Virus record (IMG/VR): IMGVR_UViG_3300012231_000001
Coordinates: 1 to 55,844 of that record
Length of the DNA stretch: 55,844 nucleotides
Source: a virus
Taxonomy: Duplodnaviria; Caudoviricetes
Reading direction: 5' to 3' (one strand)
Shown piece after piece: positions 9,493-20,800 of this stretch. A program made the position numbers and the translations under genes. Each line of letters begins with the position of its first letter. Positions within the stretch are counted from its first letter, which is position 1. The notes beneath the pieces are model-generated. The model saw only the letters and a list, made by a program, of their open reading frames with translations, was not told the origin of the DNA and did not search any database.

Positions 9493-10830
9493 ATGTCAAC
9501 ATTCCTTGAACAACTTGCTGTATTAAATGAACAAAATTTTCTTGGCGGTGTGGCAAATTATGGTGCTGCTGTCAAAGAAAAGAAACAGAATGAATCTCTT
9601 GTCGAACTTTATAACAAGTTCAAAGCTGATAAGAATGAACTCCAGACCACAATGGAACAAACTGGAGATTTTAATAAGTTTCTTGGTACAACTGATACTG
9701 AACGTAAAGCTGGTGAAGTACCCAAAGATGTATTGGCAGCAGTAGATTTTATGCAAATAGCTAATCAAATGGGGGCATATACTAACCTTTATCAACCGTT
9801 TATATCTGCGTTTGTTACTCTTGGAGATGATGGTGTCAAAGTTGCTAATACTCTTTCAACTGAATTAGCACAGCAGTTACAAGTTGTAGAGCAAAAAGGA
9901 ATTGCTCCATTAAGGAATATAGAATATAAAGCATTAGCGACAGACTATTATTGGACACGTGATAAATTTGATTCTTGGATTAAAGATGAAGCATTAAGAC
10001 GTGATTCTATGGAAGCTACAGATTATATATTAAATTCACCTACATTTGATTTAATCGAAGGTGGGGATATTACAACAGCAAGTGGTGAAAGATTAAAGAA
10101 GCATAATATTGCTATTAAAACTGTTGTAGATAATGCTTTTGAACATTTTGGTGGTAAGATAAGCAAAGGTGCTATTACTGCTGGGTTGAAATTAGCTATG
10201 GATAACTCAGGTAAAAGTTTTAAGTTTAATGATTTAGCATTGTTATCTAAAGAAGCAGGACAAGGTATAACTGATATGGAATTAGAAGCTTATATGTCAA
10301 AGCTTAGGGGCTTGTCATCGGGTTTAATGAATATGAATGACCGACTAAAGGGGGCTTGGAGAAATTATGTTTCAAAGGGAACGTTGCCATCTAAAGAAGA
10401 ATTTGAAGCAGGTTTAGCACCTGACCCAGAGTTGGTTAAGGATATGGCTAAGATATATGGTCCAGGTGGTACTTATATGAATTATTATGCCTTAGTTTCT
10501 GGTATGATGCCAGGTGTTTTCGGTACAACCACAAAACGACCTATTGATAAAAATGACCCAGATAGTCAATTAATGAATTTGCCAGTAGAGGGTTTAGAAG
10601 ATATATATATGCCTGTCGGAGATTATGGTATTGTTAAAGGCGATTATCATTATAACCCTTATGATAGAATAGCATTAAATAAAAAATTAAAAGAAGAAAA
10701 AAATAAGATAACTTCTGGTAGCCTATGGGAGAATGCGTATTCAAGCGATAAGCCATATATAACATCAGAAGAATTTAAGTTATTGACAGCACCGAAGGTT
10801 TTACCTGAAAATGCTTTTTTACGTAAATAA
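9493..10830 (+). CDS. Putative internal virion (ejection) protein
   Basis: 445 aa, helical, between the pilot-like gene and the giant gene. Confidence 0.5.
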   Translation: MSTFLEQLAVLNEQNFLGGVANYGAAVKEKKQNESLVELYNKFKADKNELQTTMEQTGDFNKFLGTTDTERKAGEVPKDVLAAVDFMQIANQMGAYTNLYQPFISAFVTLGDDGVKVANTLSTELAQQLQVVEQKGIAPLRNIEYKALATDYYWTRDKFDSWIKDEALRRDSMEATDYILNSPTFDLIEGGDITTASGERLKKHNIAIKTVVDNAFEHFGGKISKGAITAGLKLAMDNSGKSFKFNDLALLSKEAGQGITDMELEAYMSKLRGLSSGLMNMNDRLKGAWRNYVSKGTLPSKEEFEAGLAPDPELVKDMAKIYGPGGTYMNYYALVSGMMPGVFGTTTKRPIDKNDPDSQLMNLPVEGLEDIYMPVGDYGIVKGDYHYNPYDRIALNKKLKEEKNKITSGSLWENAYSSDKPYITSEEFKLLTAPKVLPENAFLRK

Positions 10831-10835
10831 ATAAT

Positions 10836-13800
10836 ATGCCTGATAATTTTTTCGCAGATAGACCAAAACGATTTAATCCTAAAACGGATGTACCATTTCC
10901 ATTTACACCGGCATTGGCTACATTTCCAGGAGATATGCAAGATATTCAGGAAACTACAGAGTTTCTGAAATATTATAAAACACCACAAGACATAGAACAA
11001 TATAAGAACTTTATAATACATTCTCAATTTGGAGAAGTTGGTGTTGAATCGCCATTCAAAGAAACAGAAACTGGTAAAGCAGAATTTGATACTACTGCCA
11101 CATATTTACCATCTAAGGGAGATGAAACCCCAGAGCAGCGTACATTCAAAGAATTAAGAAATTATTTGGTGTTGAATAAAGGTAAAGTCGAACAGCCTAA
11201 TTTTATAATGAGAGCTGCTGGTAACTCAATGACATCTGGATGGGTAGAATTGCTTACTGGTGATAAATTAGGTGGTATATATAATCAATTCGATGTTACG
11301 GAAGATGGCATATTTTTAGGTAATAAAAAATTAAATCTTAATGATGTCCAATCTAAAATACTTTCTGATTTTATGGCACGTGTTAACGGACAAGATATTG
11401 ACAGGTCATTTTTTGATAAAGTAATTGAGACAGCAGCATCATTAACATTTGATTTACCATTACTTGCTTTAACTGGTGGTATATCCAGTGGGATAATGAA
11501 GGGTTCTCAGGTTACTCGTGCTTTAATGACTTCTACTGATTTAGCACCAAGATTTCTTGGACAGATATTACAACAAAGTGTTAACTTTAATTTATTAGGT
11601 GTTCCACAAACAGTAAATGCTTTAGAACAAAAAGGTGTTGGTGGAGCATTAAAATCTATATTCCATAGTGCGTTGATGGGCACATTAGCAGCAGGAACTG
11701 GTACTGCTGGTGTTGGTATCGGTAGAGGTGTTGGTAAATTGTTCCTTACTAAAAATCCTGCTATACGTGAAGAATTAGCTGGCTTAGGTGGTTCATTTGG
11801 TTTTGGTTATTTATCTGGTAAGTTTATGGGTGATAGTGATGAAGATGCAATAGCGACAGGTTTAGGATTTGCAGCTACTCATTTTACTAATCCACGTGCT
11901 TACTCTCGTGTAATACAGGAACAGAGAACTAAACCATTACGGATTGTCACTGATAAAGGTGAGTTTATCAATGGTCGTTTTAGCCCAGATTATTTTATTG
12001 AAGAAAAAGGTACATTACAGCAGATAGATAAACGAGCGTTTATGGAAGAAGGTAAACTTGTACCGATAGATGTTGAGCCATTACAGATTACACCAGAAAT
12101 TAAAGAAGGTATGGTTTATTATAACGAACTGCCCAATTATCAGAGATTATCTTATGGTGATGCTCTTAAACGTGACAGAGAACAACAGAATGGCAAGAAA
12201 CTATATGATAATATTGTTAAAGGTTTAGATGAAAATATTGTTAAAGAATATGGCAGTCGCTTAAGAACATTAGCAGAAGTAGTATCTTCTATTGTGGTTG
12301 GTGATAAGATACGCAAAACATTTGGTTCGTGGAAATTACCTGATGATATAGAATTACGTAAAGACCTTATAAGTATAACCAATAAAAATAAAATACCATA
12401 TGATGCTTTTAAGGAATGGTTAATAAATGACATCAAGGATTATATTATAGACCCAGTTAAGTACCAAGAAAGTTTAGAAACATATCAAAGATATGTGCCA
12501 ATATCTATTGCCCAGAAAATGGCATATAATCCGAAGATATTAAAAGATATGATTGGAGTGCTTGATAAATTACGTAACACTATTATGCCAAGTGAGAATC
12601 TTACAGATTATAATAATAGATTATTACCAGAATTTACATCTGACAAAATACGTTTACCTAATGGTATTATGTATGCTAAATCTAAACCAGCGATAAAAGA
12701 AGAAATCAAATCAGAGGCACTTAAAGTTGGTGATACGGTTAAATTTGAATCTGCCGGTCAAGAACAAAGTGGTAAAATTAAGAACTTCACAGATGAATAT
12801 AAAAACGTAGATGTGGAATTAGCTGATAAAAGAACAGTTAATATACCTGTTAATAAATTATTAGAAGCTAAAGATATCAAAGAAGAAAAGGTAGAGACAC
12901 CAGTTGAGAAGGTAGAAACAGAGAAAGTTGTAGAAGAACCAACCATAGAGACTAAAGTAGAAGAACCTGCTATAAAGTCTCTTGTAGAGGACGTAAAACC
13001 CGATAAAGAAGAAATTGAGGAAAATAAAAAAGTCGAAGATTTACCCGAAACGTCAAAACAAATTGAACCTACAAAGCCTATTAAAGAAATTTCTCAAGAG
13101 AGAATCAACACTACTTCACGAGAAATCGTTGAAGCCATTTCTAAGCGTAAAGGTAAAGGTTTTGATGTTAAGCAGGAAGAAATCGCTAAACCGTTAGCAG
13201 AGTTATATGAACTTGCACAAAGACAAGCAGATGCTAAGAATATTGAGTTAGAGAAAGCCCCTGATAATCTAACTAAGACAGGGAAGTTAAAAGAAAATAA
13301 GAAATACACTGCCGAAGATTATCTTATTAAAGCATTAGCTACTGGTGATGCTCGTTTGACATCTAATGAAATTGCTGTTATATTACAACAAATTAATCCA
13401 GATAAATATAGTGGTTACACTGGTAAAAATGTTGATGATGTGTTTAAGAGTGGTAAGTTAAAAGATGTACCAAGATACAGGGGTGTAAGTATTTTACCAG
13501 AGGTTAAACCTGAGATACCTATTGAATCAGAAGAAATTAAACAGGATATTTTAGAACAAACTCAAGGAACTGGTTTAGCTGTTAATGTCCCAGAAGCTGG
13601 CGGTACACGTGCGGAGATGATAGCAACAGAAAAAGCACGTGGTCAACTTAATAAAGAACTTGAAATTGAAGAATCTGTTACAAAGTTTACAGAGTGGGCA
13701 TTACCACGACAAGGTGAAGGTAAAACTGTCAAAGAGTTATTAGATGAAGCAGTTGAAGCAGGTATTATAAATAAAGCTGGTAGAGATTATGTCGCTGGTA

Positions 13801-16800
13801 TATATGGTAAAAATGTAGTTAATAAATATAGTATAACTGATGCTAATGCTGTCCGCACTAATATTAAAAGACGAACAGAAGTACAAAAAGTTATTGATGA
13901 ATTTAACACTACATTTGGGCAAGAATATGGGATAACAGCAAAGATAGAACTTATACCACAGGTAGCAACGGAAGGGCAACTTAAAGCAGCAAATATAGAG
14001 GGTGGGTTCAATATAGAAGGAGTCACTCGTATATCTTTGATAGACCCATCCAAAGATATAGAAATAGCTATTGACCCACGTTATGGCAAAACAAGAACTT
14101 TTGAGCACGAAAAATTCCACGGATTAAGTGAGTTGATATTAGATAAAAACACATATTATAATTTATTGAAGAAACGTGGATGGGATGGAGCTGGTGATAA
14201 GTATAATAAAAATGTAAGCAGAATCAGAGCAGAAGAATTAATAGCTGATGCTTATGCTGACTGGAGAGCAGGCACTGGACCACAATTAAGTGGATTTAAG
14301 AAGTTAAAAGCATTCTTTGAAAAGATGATGAATTTCTTTAAGGGTAATGAGTTTTTGACAAATGAATATGCTTTCTTCAGAGATTTAGCAAATGGTAAAA
14401 TACAACTGCGAAAACGTATTCATTCAAATGTTAAAAAATATTATGACCCTAAAACTGATAAAATGTCTATTGAAGATGTGCAAGAATTATTTTCTATCGC
14501 AGCAGCCCCATCACCAAAGGATACATATGTTCAAAAAGAAGCATTATACGAATGGGATAGGACAAGACCTGATAGATTAAACCCAGATAGAATGCTTGAT
14601 AAGATGTTAAAGTCAACATTATATTCAGATATACCAACTGCTGCGAAAGATAAGATTCGTGAGTTATGGCAATTAACTACTCCGCCAGCATATGCTAAAT
14701 ATAAGATGCCTAAGTTTGCTGATATTCGTGAGACTGGTGAAAATTGGATTATACGTAAAGCTGTTGAAGCAGGTAATCGTATCTGGAGAGAGAACTGGTT
14801 AATAAAAGAACAGGGCAAATCATTTTTCCGTAATCTTCCACAAGAAACACAAGAAGGATTAATGGGGAAATACCAGAAATATACTGAAGATATGTATGAA
14901 AGTAAAGGTGAGCCACTTACTGCTGATAAGTTATATAAAGAATATAAATTTACAGAACAAGAAATTAAAGTTGATAAAGCATATCAAGCTACTAAAGATA
15001 AAACTGTTGAGGTTCGTAAACTTGCTAATAAATATATTTTACAGAACTTCAAGAACGTTACAGAGTCATTAAACAAACGAAAGTTCACAGAATTTTTCCC
15101 AGAACTAAAAGATGACATAGCGAAAGGCGAAGAAATATCTAAAGAAACATATGGCAAAGCTAATGACATACTTGAAGCTGAACCAATGAGGAAAGAACAG
15201 GTTGTTGATTATTTGTCTGAAAAGATGTATGATTATGGTGATGCTCATTATCTTAATCTTGTTAGACCATCTACTCCTGATACTTGGATTATAGATATGG
15301 CTAATGCAGATGGTAAGCGTAGAAATATGTATGCGATAAATGAAAAAGATGCAAAGGCTAAAGTCGAAGAATGGCGTAGTAAAGGTTATGAAGTGACAGA
15401 ACAAGGTTTTTATAGGATAGGTGACATATTAAAACAAGGTGAATATTGGAATCGTTTGACAGCCAGACAGTTACAAAACTTAGCAGCATTGGGGCATATT
15501 CCTCTTGATAATCCGATTATCGCTAAATTGGAAGAATCATTAAAAGCAGGTACGTTTGAGCAGCATACTACCGAACGAGAATTTATACCTGGTATGGAAT
15601 TTACTTCGAGAGAATTAGAAGAAAATCTGGAACGATTTGTCCACGAAGGTTCAGGTTTATATCGTATGATTGGTAATATGGAAATGACACGTTCTATGGA
15701 AAGTTGGTTACAAGATTTGAATGTGTTAAATAAAAGTACAATGACACCTATTAGTGATGAATTAAGGAATAAATATGATATTAAAGGTAGTAGCCCGACA
15801 GATAGTGAACTAAAAAAATTACAATCTGAATATGATTATGCTACTAAGTATGTTAATAATATCACACATTCAGATAAGTCTATCGCTGATGGTATTAGGA
15901 AATATACTTATGCTTATTATCTTGCTATGAGAGCATCATTTATGTTCCAACAGCCATTCCAAGTATTTCAAAAGGTATTGCCTGTTGCAATGGCAGAGAG
16001 CAAAAATGGTAATAAGACATTTTGGAGCACATTAACAGAATCAGCTAAAGTAATGCAATTTATTCGTGCCAACCAAAAAGGACTTAGTGAGCAGGAAATT
16101 AGTAGTTTCGGGTATGGCAAAGAATTATATGATATATATAATACTTTAACTTATATGAAGAAGATGGGTAAGACTGGCGTTGAAGAACTTTCTGACCAGA
16201 TGGGTGAAATAGATTATCATTATGCGACTGGGCCAGGGAAGTGGTTAGAGTCTGCAATTAGAATGCTTAATATACCATCTGCTGGGTTAGAGAAGTTTAC
16301 TCGTGTTCAGTCTATGCTAACATTCTATAATATAGGTAAAGAAAAAGGATTGGCTGGTGAAAAATTAACTAATTATGTTGCAGACAAAATAGATGAAACA
16401 ATGGACCAGTGGGGTGTCGGTGGTAGAATACCATTGCTTGCGAGTAAGAAACCTCATACAAGACAAGAACCATTATTAAAAGCATTGGATAAATCGTTTA
16501 TTACATTTAAGACTTACGCAACACATAATCTTGCTTTATATGAGAAGTTAATGCGTAATCATCAATGGGGAGCATTAGGAGTTAAATTATTAGTGGGATT
16601 AGGTTTGCACGGTGCTACTAAATTCCCATTAATGGCAGGTATGTTTATGCTTGCTGATTTATTTACTGAAAACGATACAGAACACGAAGCATTACAGATG
16701 TTAGATGATTTGAATGGTATAGTACCAGGTCTTGGCAGTATTACAAGTCGTGGTGTATTTTCATTAGCAGATTTAGATGTTAGCAGGTTATTTGATGAAA

Positions 16801-17405
16801 GAACCATATTCCCGACTGATTTAGTTTCTAACTTAAAGTCATATTCTACAGAAGGTAAACTTGCAGAAGCAATGATAAGTGCACCTTATGGGTTTGTAAA
16901 AGATATAGTTGATGGTTCTCAGGGATTATATGAAGGATTAAAAACAGCAGTGTTAAATGAAGCTACAACAGATGTAGAGAGACGGCAAATTAAGAAAAAT
17001 CTTGTTAAAGTATTGCCATTATTTTTAAGAAATGTAGCTACTGTCGTTTATCAATGGGAGAAAGATGGTATAATGGTTAGAAATAATGTTATAGTTAAAA
17101 AAGAAGATTTAACTTGGAAAGATGTTTTATATAAGACATTAAGTTTCCAACCATTAGATGTGTCTAAAGCTGTAGAAAGGCAGATATATGGTTTGCCTAA
17201 TAAACTTAACAGAATAGAGGGAGAAATAAGTGAACTTAAAAAGATAAGAAAAGAAATAGCATCATCTACTGAATATGAAGCTATTGAAAAGACATTACAA
17301 TTACATAAGGTAGCTGAAATGTTAAGAGATGCTCAAGAACGTAAGATTAAGATGATGCGTACTAAGGAATATAAAGAAGCAGTTTCGACAGGTTTGTTAA
17401 ATTAG
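10836..17405 (+). CDS. Giant internal virion/ejection protein with a zincin-like metallopeptidase motif
   Basis: 2189 aa; Gly-rich hydrophobic N-region; KOW/SH3-like LKVGDTVKF; E/K/P linker; HEKFH...EELIAD motif near 14100-14250. Confidence 0.65.
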   Translation: MPDNFFADRPKRFNPKTDVPFPFTPALATFPGDMQDIQETTEFLKYYKTPQDIEQYKNFIIHSQFGEVGVESPFKETETGKAEFDTTATYLPSKGDETPEQRTFKELRNYLVLNKGKVEQPNFIMRAAGNSMTSGWVELLTGDKLGGIYNQFDVTEDGIFLGNKKLNLNDVQSKILSDFMARVNGQDIDRSFFDKVIETAASLTFDLPLLALTGGISSGIMKGSQVTRALMTSTDLAPRFLGQILQQSVNFNLLGVPQTVNALEQKGVGGALKSIFHSALMGTLAAGTGTAGVGIGRGVGKLFLTKNPAIREELAGLGGSFGFGYLSGKFMGDSDEDAIATGLGFAATHFTNPRAYSRVIQEQRTKPLRIVTDKGEFINGRFSPDYFIEEKGTLQQIDKRAFMEEGKLVPIDVEPLQITPEIKEGMVYYNELPNYQRLSYGDALKRDREQQNGKKLYDNIVKGLDENIVKEYGSRLRTLAEVVSSIVVGDKIRKTFGSWKLPDDIELRKDLISITNKNKIPYDAFKEWLINDIKDYIIDPVKYQESLETYQRYVPISIAQKMAYNPKILKDMIGVLDKLRNTIMPSENLTDYNNRLLPEFTSDKIRLPNGIMYAKSKPAIKEEIKSEALKVGDTVKFESAGQEQSGKIKNFTDEYKNVDVELADKRTVNIPVNKLLEAKDIKEEKVETPVEKVETEKVVEEPTIETKVEEPAIKSLVEDVKPDKEEIEENKKVEDLPETSKQIEPTKPIKEISQERINTTSREIVEAISKRKGKGFDVKQEEIAKPLAELYELAQRQADAKNIELEKAPDNLTKTGKLKENKKYTAEDYLIKALATGDARLTSNEIAVILQQINPDKYSGYTGKNVDDVFKSGKLKDVPRYRGVSILPEVKPEIPIESEEIKQDILEQTQGTGLAVNVPEAGGTRAEMIATEKARGQLNKELEIEESVTKFTEWALPRQGEGKTVKELLDEAVEAGIINKAGRDYVAGIYGKNVVNKYSITDANAVRTNIKRRTEVQKVIDEFNTTFGQEYGITAKIELIPQVATEGQLKAANIEGGFNIEGVTRISLIDPSKDIEIAIDPRYGKTRTFEHEKFHGLSELILDKNTYYNLLKKRGWDGAGDKYNKNVSRIRAEELIADAYADWRAGTGPQLSGFKKLKAFFEKMMNFFKGNEFLTNEYAFFRDLANGKIQLRKRIHSNVKKYYDPKTDKMSIEDVQELFSIAAAPSPKDTYVQKEALYEWDRTRPDRLNPDRMLDKMLKSTLYSDIPTAAKDKIRELWQLTTPPAYAKYKMPKFADIRETGENWIIRKAVEAGNRIWRENWLIKEQGKSFFRNLPQETQEGLMGKYQKYTEDMYESKGEPLTADKLYKEYKFTEQEIKVDKAYQATKDKTVEVRKLANKYILQNFKNVTESLNKRKFTEFFPELKDDIAKGEEISKETYGKANDILEAEPMRKEQVVDYLSEKMYDYGDAHYLNLVRPSTPDTWIIDMANADGKRRNMYAINEKDAKAKVEEWRSKGYEVTEQGFYRIGDILKQGEYWNRLTARQLQNLAALGHIPLDNPIIAKLEESLKAGTFEQHTTEREFIPGMEFTSRELEENLERFVHEGSGLYRMIGNMEMTRSMESWLQDLNVLNKSTMTPISDELRNKYDIKGSSPTDSELKKLQSEYDYATKYVNNITHSDKSIADGIRKYTYAYYLAMRASFMFQQPFQVFQKVLPVAMAESKNGNKTFWSTLTESAKVMQFIRANQKGLSEQEISSFGYGKELYDIYNTLTYMKKMGKTGVEELSDQMGEIDYHYATGPGKWLESAIRMLNIPSAGLEKFTRVQSMLTFYNIGKEKGLAGEKLTNYVADKIDETMDQWGVGGRIPLLASKKPHTRQEPLLKALDKSFITFKTYATHNLALYEKLMRNHQWGALGVKLLVGLGLHGATKFPLMAGMFMLADLFTENDTEHEALQMLDDLNGIVPGLGSITSRGVFSLADLDVSRLFDERTIFPTDLVSNLKSYSTEGKLAEAMISAPYGFVKDIVDGSQGLYEGLKTAVLNEATTDVERRQIKKNLVKVLPLFLRNVATVVYQWEKDGIMVRNNVIVKKEDLTWKDVLYKTLSFQPLDVSKAVERQIYGLPNKLNRIEGEISELKKIRKEIASSTEYEAIEKTLQLHKVAEMLRDAQERKIKMMRTKEYKEAVSTGLLN

Positions 17406-17424
17406 ATAAATTGTATTATATTTG
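17394..17424 (+). promoter_or_regulatory. Promoter TTGTTA-N17-TATATTTG
   Basis: Same spacing and -10/-7 box as the three other copies; upstream of 17446. Confidence 0.65.
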
Positions 17425-17445
17425 TAACATAAATAGGAGAACACA

Positions 17446-17832
17446 ATGAAAAAACTGATTGTATTTTTATTTCTGATGTTATCGGGGATAATATTTGCTC
17501 AACCATATGGAGAACATTGGACAAGGGTGGTAGCACCAGGTGATACTATTTTACCTGTAATAACACTTGAAAATGGTTTTTACCTATCGGCGGTGAAAGC
17601 ATCTGATAGCACTTTTAGTATTACAACTATCTCATTCAGGGTTGGCACACATCCAGATTCGCTTGCTATTCTTGAAGATGATGGCATTGTTGTTACTTAT
17701 TCTATTACAGCAGGTAGATGGACAGTCTTTGACCCATTGTTGTTTTATACATTTAAGTATGTTCAACCATTTTTTAATGAAGCAGATGATAGCTATACTA
17801 CTCAATGGAAACTTCTCAGTAAAAACTTTTAA
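17446..17832 (+). CDS. Secreted-type hypothetical protein
   Basis: MKKLIVFLFLMLSGIIFA|Q signal peptide; AGGAG RBS. Confidence 0.7.
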   Translation: MKKLIVFLFLMLSGIIFAQPYGEHWTRVVAPGDTILPVITLENGFYLSAVKASDSTFSITTISFRVGTHPDSLAILEDDGIVVTYSITAGRWTVFDPLLFYTFKYVQPFFNEADDSYTTQWKLLSKNF

Positions 17833-17840
17833 GGTATAAT

Positions 17841-20800
17841 ATGAAATATGTAATATTATTTATTTGTTTATTTATTACTACTGGACTTACTCAACCAGAT
17901 GAACATTATTTAAGGAATAAACAACTTCACATCTATGACCCAGTTTATCTCGGTTCTACACCTTCTGAAGATTTAGTAATATTTTCAGGTGCATATACTC
18001 AGACAAAAACAGAGAATGATTCTCTTGGAAGCAGCAGGAAACCTGCGAGATATATGGTATGGAGTTATGGGACAGTAGTGGGTGAAAAAATCTACAGTCA
18101 GATAAACAGAAATTTTGAAGTTGATGTGTTATATGAAAGTAATTTTAGTGTTGACGCTGATGGATGGGCTGTTGTAGAGGGTGGGACTTTAGCTGGTAAT
18201 ATTGATGGTATAAATGGTGTGAATGATGTTTTAAGATTTACAAGTGATGCGACTACACTTTACCATCGTTTTAATAAAACAGTATTATCCGGACACGCAA
18301 GTGGCGATCCTGTACAGTTGGAAATAAAAGGATATATCCCTACTGCTAATACTTCACTATATCAGTTACAAACTTGGGTTTCTATGACTGCGTTTGCACA
18401 TAATTCTTTTTTTGAAAACAGTAATTGGATTACAAGTAAGGAGAGAACTAATATCTGGCAGGCTTTACCACCTTTAATGCAAGGAAGAAACATTTCCAAT
18501 CAAAGCACATTCCCTGGTACAGCAGGTGATGTTGCATATATAAAAGATGTGAAGATTTCTTTATTCCCTAATTACACTAATGCCGGCAATCATTTATTTG
18601 ATTCTTCATCTACATTCAAACACGCAGGAACATATTCAGGCAGAATTGTTTCAACTGCGGCTGGAAGTTCCGCATCTAACCATATAAGATTCAGGTATTA
18701 TGGTGGAGCAGTAGGGTTTGTAGCCCCTCAGTTTATTGCATTTACTGCAGCTGAAATGGATTCAATTCATTTTTATGCGAAAGTACCATATTCAAATAAC
18801 GATACATTGTTTGTCAGTATAGGAACGCAGACGAAGGCTTTCAGTTTTTCCTCAACAAATTTTGAAGAAAAATTATGGCTCTTTACGCCAACCGTTAATG
18901 AACTTACAAGTGATATAAAATTTTATTTGAATAAAGCAGACACAGTTTATATAGATGATATGAGTATTGTTGGTACAGCAACTTTAGATTCTATCTCTGG
19001 CATTTCTAAGATATTACAAAATCCTATTGAAGATGCGTTATACAGAGCACGTCAGACAGTTTCATATACTTCAAAGGCTGGATATTTTTATTGGAAAACA
19101 ACTGCTTGGGATACTGTTTATACTTTAATAAATGCACCTGTAATAGAGCAGATAACAAGCGGCATTGATAGTGCAATTATTGTATGGCAAGATAATTCTG
19201 GTCAGGAAGTAAGACAGATTGTCCAAAGGAATACTGATGGAGGAGAAAGCTGGAATAATATTGATACTGTTGGTACAGATATACAACAATATGCTGATGT
19301 TACAATCACAGAGGGAGTAACTTATTATTACCGAATACGATGTGAAGGTAAGTATGCTGCTGTATCAGATAATTCAATAGCATATTCAGATGTATTTGCT
19401 TTTGAAACAGGAGATAAAACTTATGATTTAGTTTTTATCCCTTCCTCATTAGATTATGGTACGTTGGATTCGTTAGCAGCTCCAGGAGAAACGGCATCTG
19501 AACTTGTTGGTGATGCTGAAACAGGAGATGAAACTCAATTTAATGTTATAGATACAGATGCAGATAATATTTTTGATGCAAGAGATTCTGCTAAGCATCA
19601 AGGAGATTATGGATTTTTAGTTGCTTCCGGAGGAACTACTGATGATGCTTTCGGGCAGCATACTTATACTGGTAATCAAGATTCATTTTTTGTGAGAGCA
19701 TACCTGTATTTACCAAGCAACTATCCTAATGTTGACCAGGGTACTTTACAATCTTATGCCTTTATAGACTGCAGAGATGCTTCGGCGAGTAATTTTCTTT
19801 TACAGTTAAGATTTAATTCTTCTACTCACTATTTATACAGATTTCTTTATCGTACTGATGCAGGATTACAAACAGGTGCTTCGATTGCAGCAAACATAAC
19901 TATAAATGCCTGGCATTATATTGAACTGAGATGGAAGGTTGGAAGCGGTACAGGAGAAGTTGAAGTGTTTTTGGATGGTGTAAGCCAGCAGAAGGTAACT
20001 GGCTTAAGTAATACTGCTGTAACCGATATAACTAATATAAGAGCAGGGCAAGTATCAGCCGTGACTCCATTATTAGGTCAATATTTTTTCTTAGATGATG
20101 TGCTTGTTGATAATGCTTACATAGGAGTATATTCATCTTCGGGCAACAGTGATTCTACGATACAGGTGATAGTGCAAAACATAGGAAATCAAGATGTAGA
20201 AATTATAGGATTAGATGACCTCAGCTCTCCATTTAGTATTGATGAAAGCGGATTACCATTTACCATTCCTATTGGCAGTGAAGATACTATAAGCATTTCA
20301 TTTAATAGAAATTCTGTTGAAGGATTTTATGACGATACATTATCTGTTGATAAAACACTTGGTACAACTCAAACATATACAATGTCGGGAACTATATTTT
20401 TCCCTGAATTACTACCCCCAACAGATTTAGCGATAACTCATAATGCTGATACAAGTGCTTTTTTAATAACCTGGACTGATTGGGCTGGTGCAGATGGATT
20501 TGATTCTGTAAGAGTTTATTCAAGTCCTGATAATATTACTTTTGTTTATGCAGCTTCTGTTGACAGCGGTGTAGAGACTTATAATGATGGTGCTGGTTAT
20601 GGAGTATTAAGATATTTCAAATTAGGTTCTGTAAGAGATGGGCAAATATCTACTCTTACAGCATCGGTTGGTTATACGATGCCGGAAGCACCGACAGAAA
20701 CTTGTTTAGAGCCGAATATTACAATTACAAATGCTGTGACTACAGATATGGATGATTTCTGTTTCTGGATTCATCCGACTGATCCGGATTTATCTTTGAT

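Noticed and set aside
10836-17405. crAss-type virion RNA polymerase
   Set aside because: No DxDxD catalytic motif noticed; promoters look host-sigma dependent
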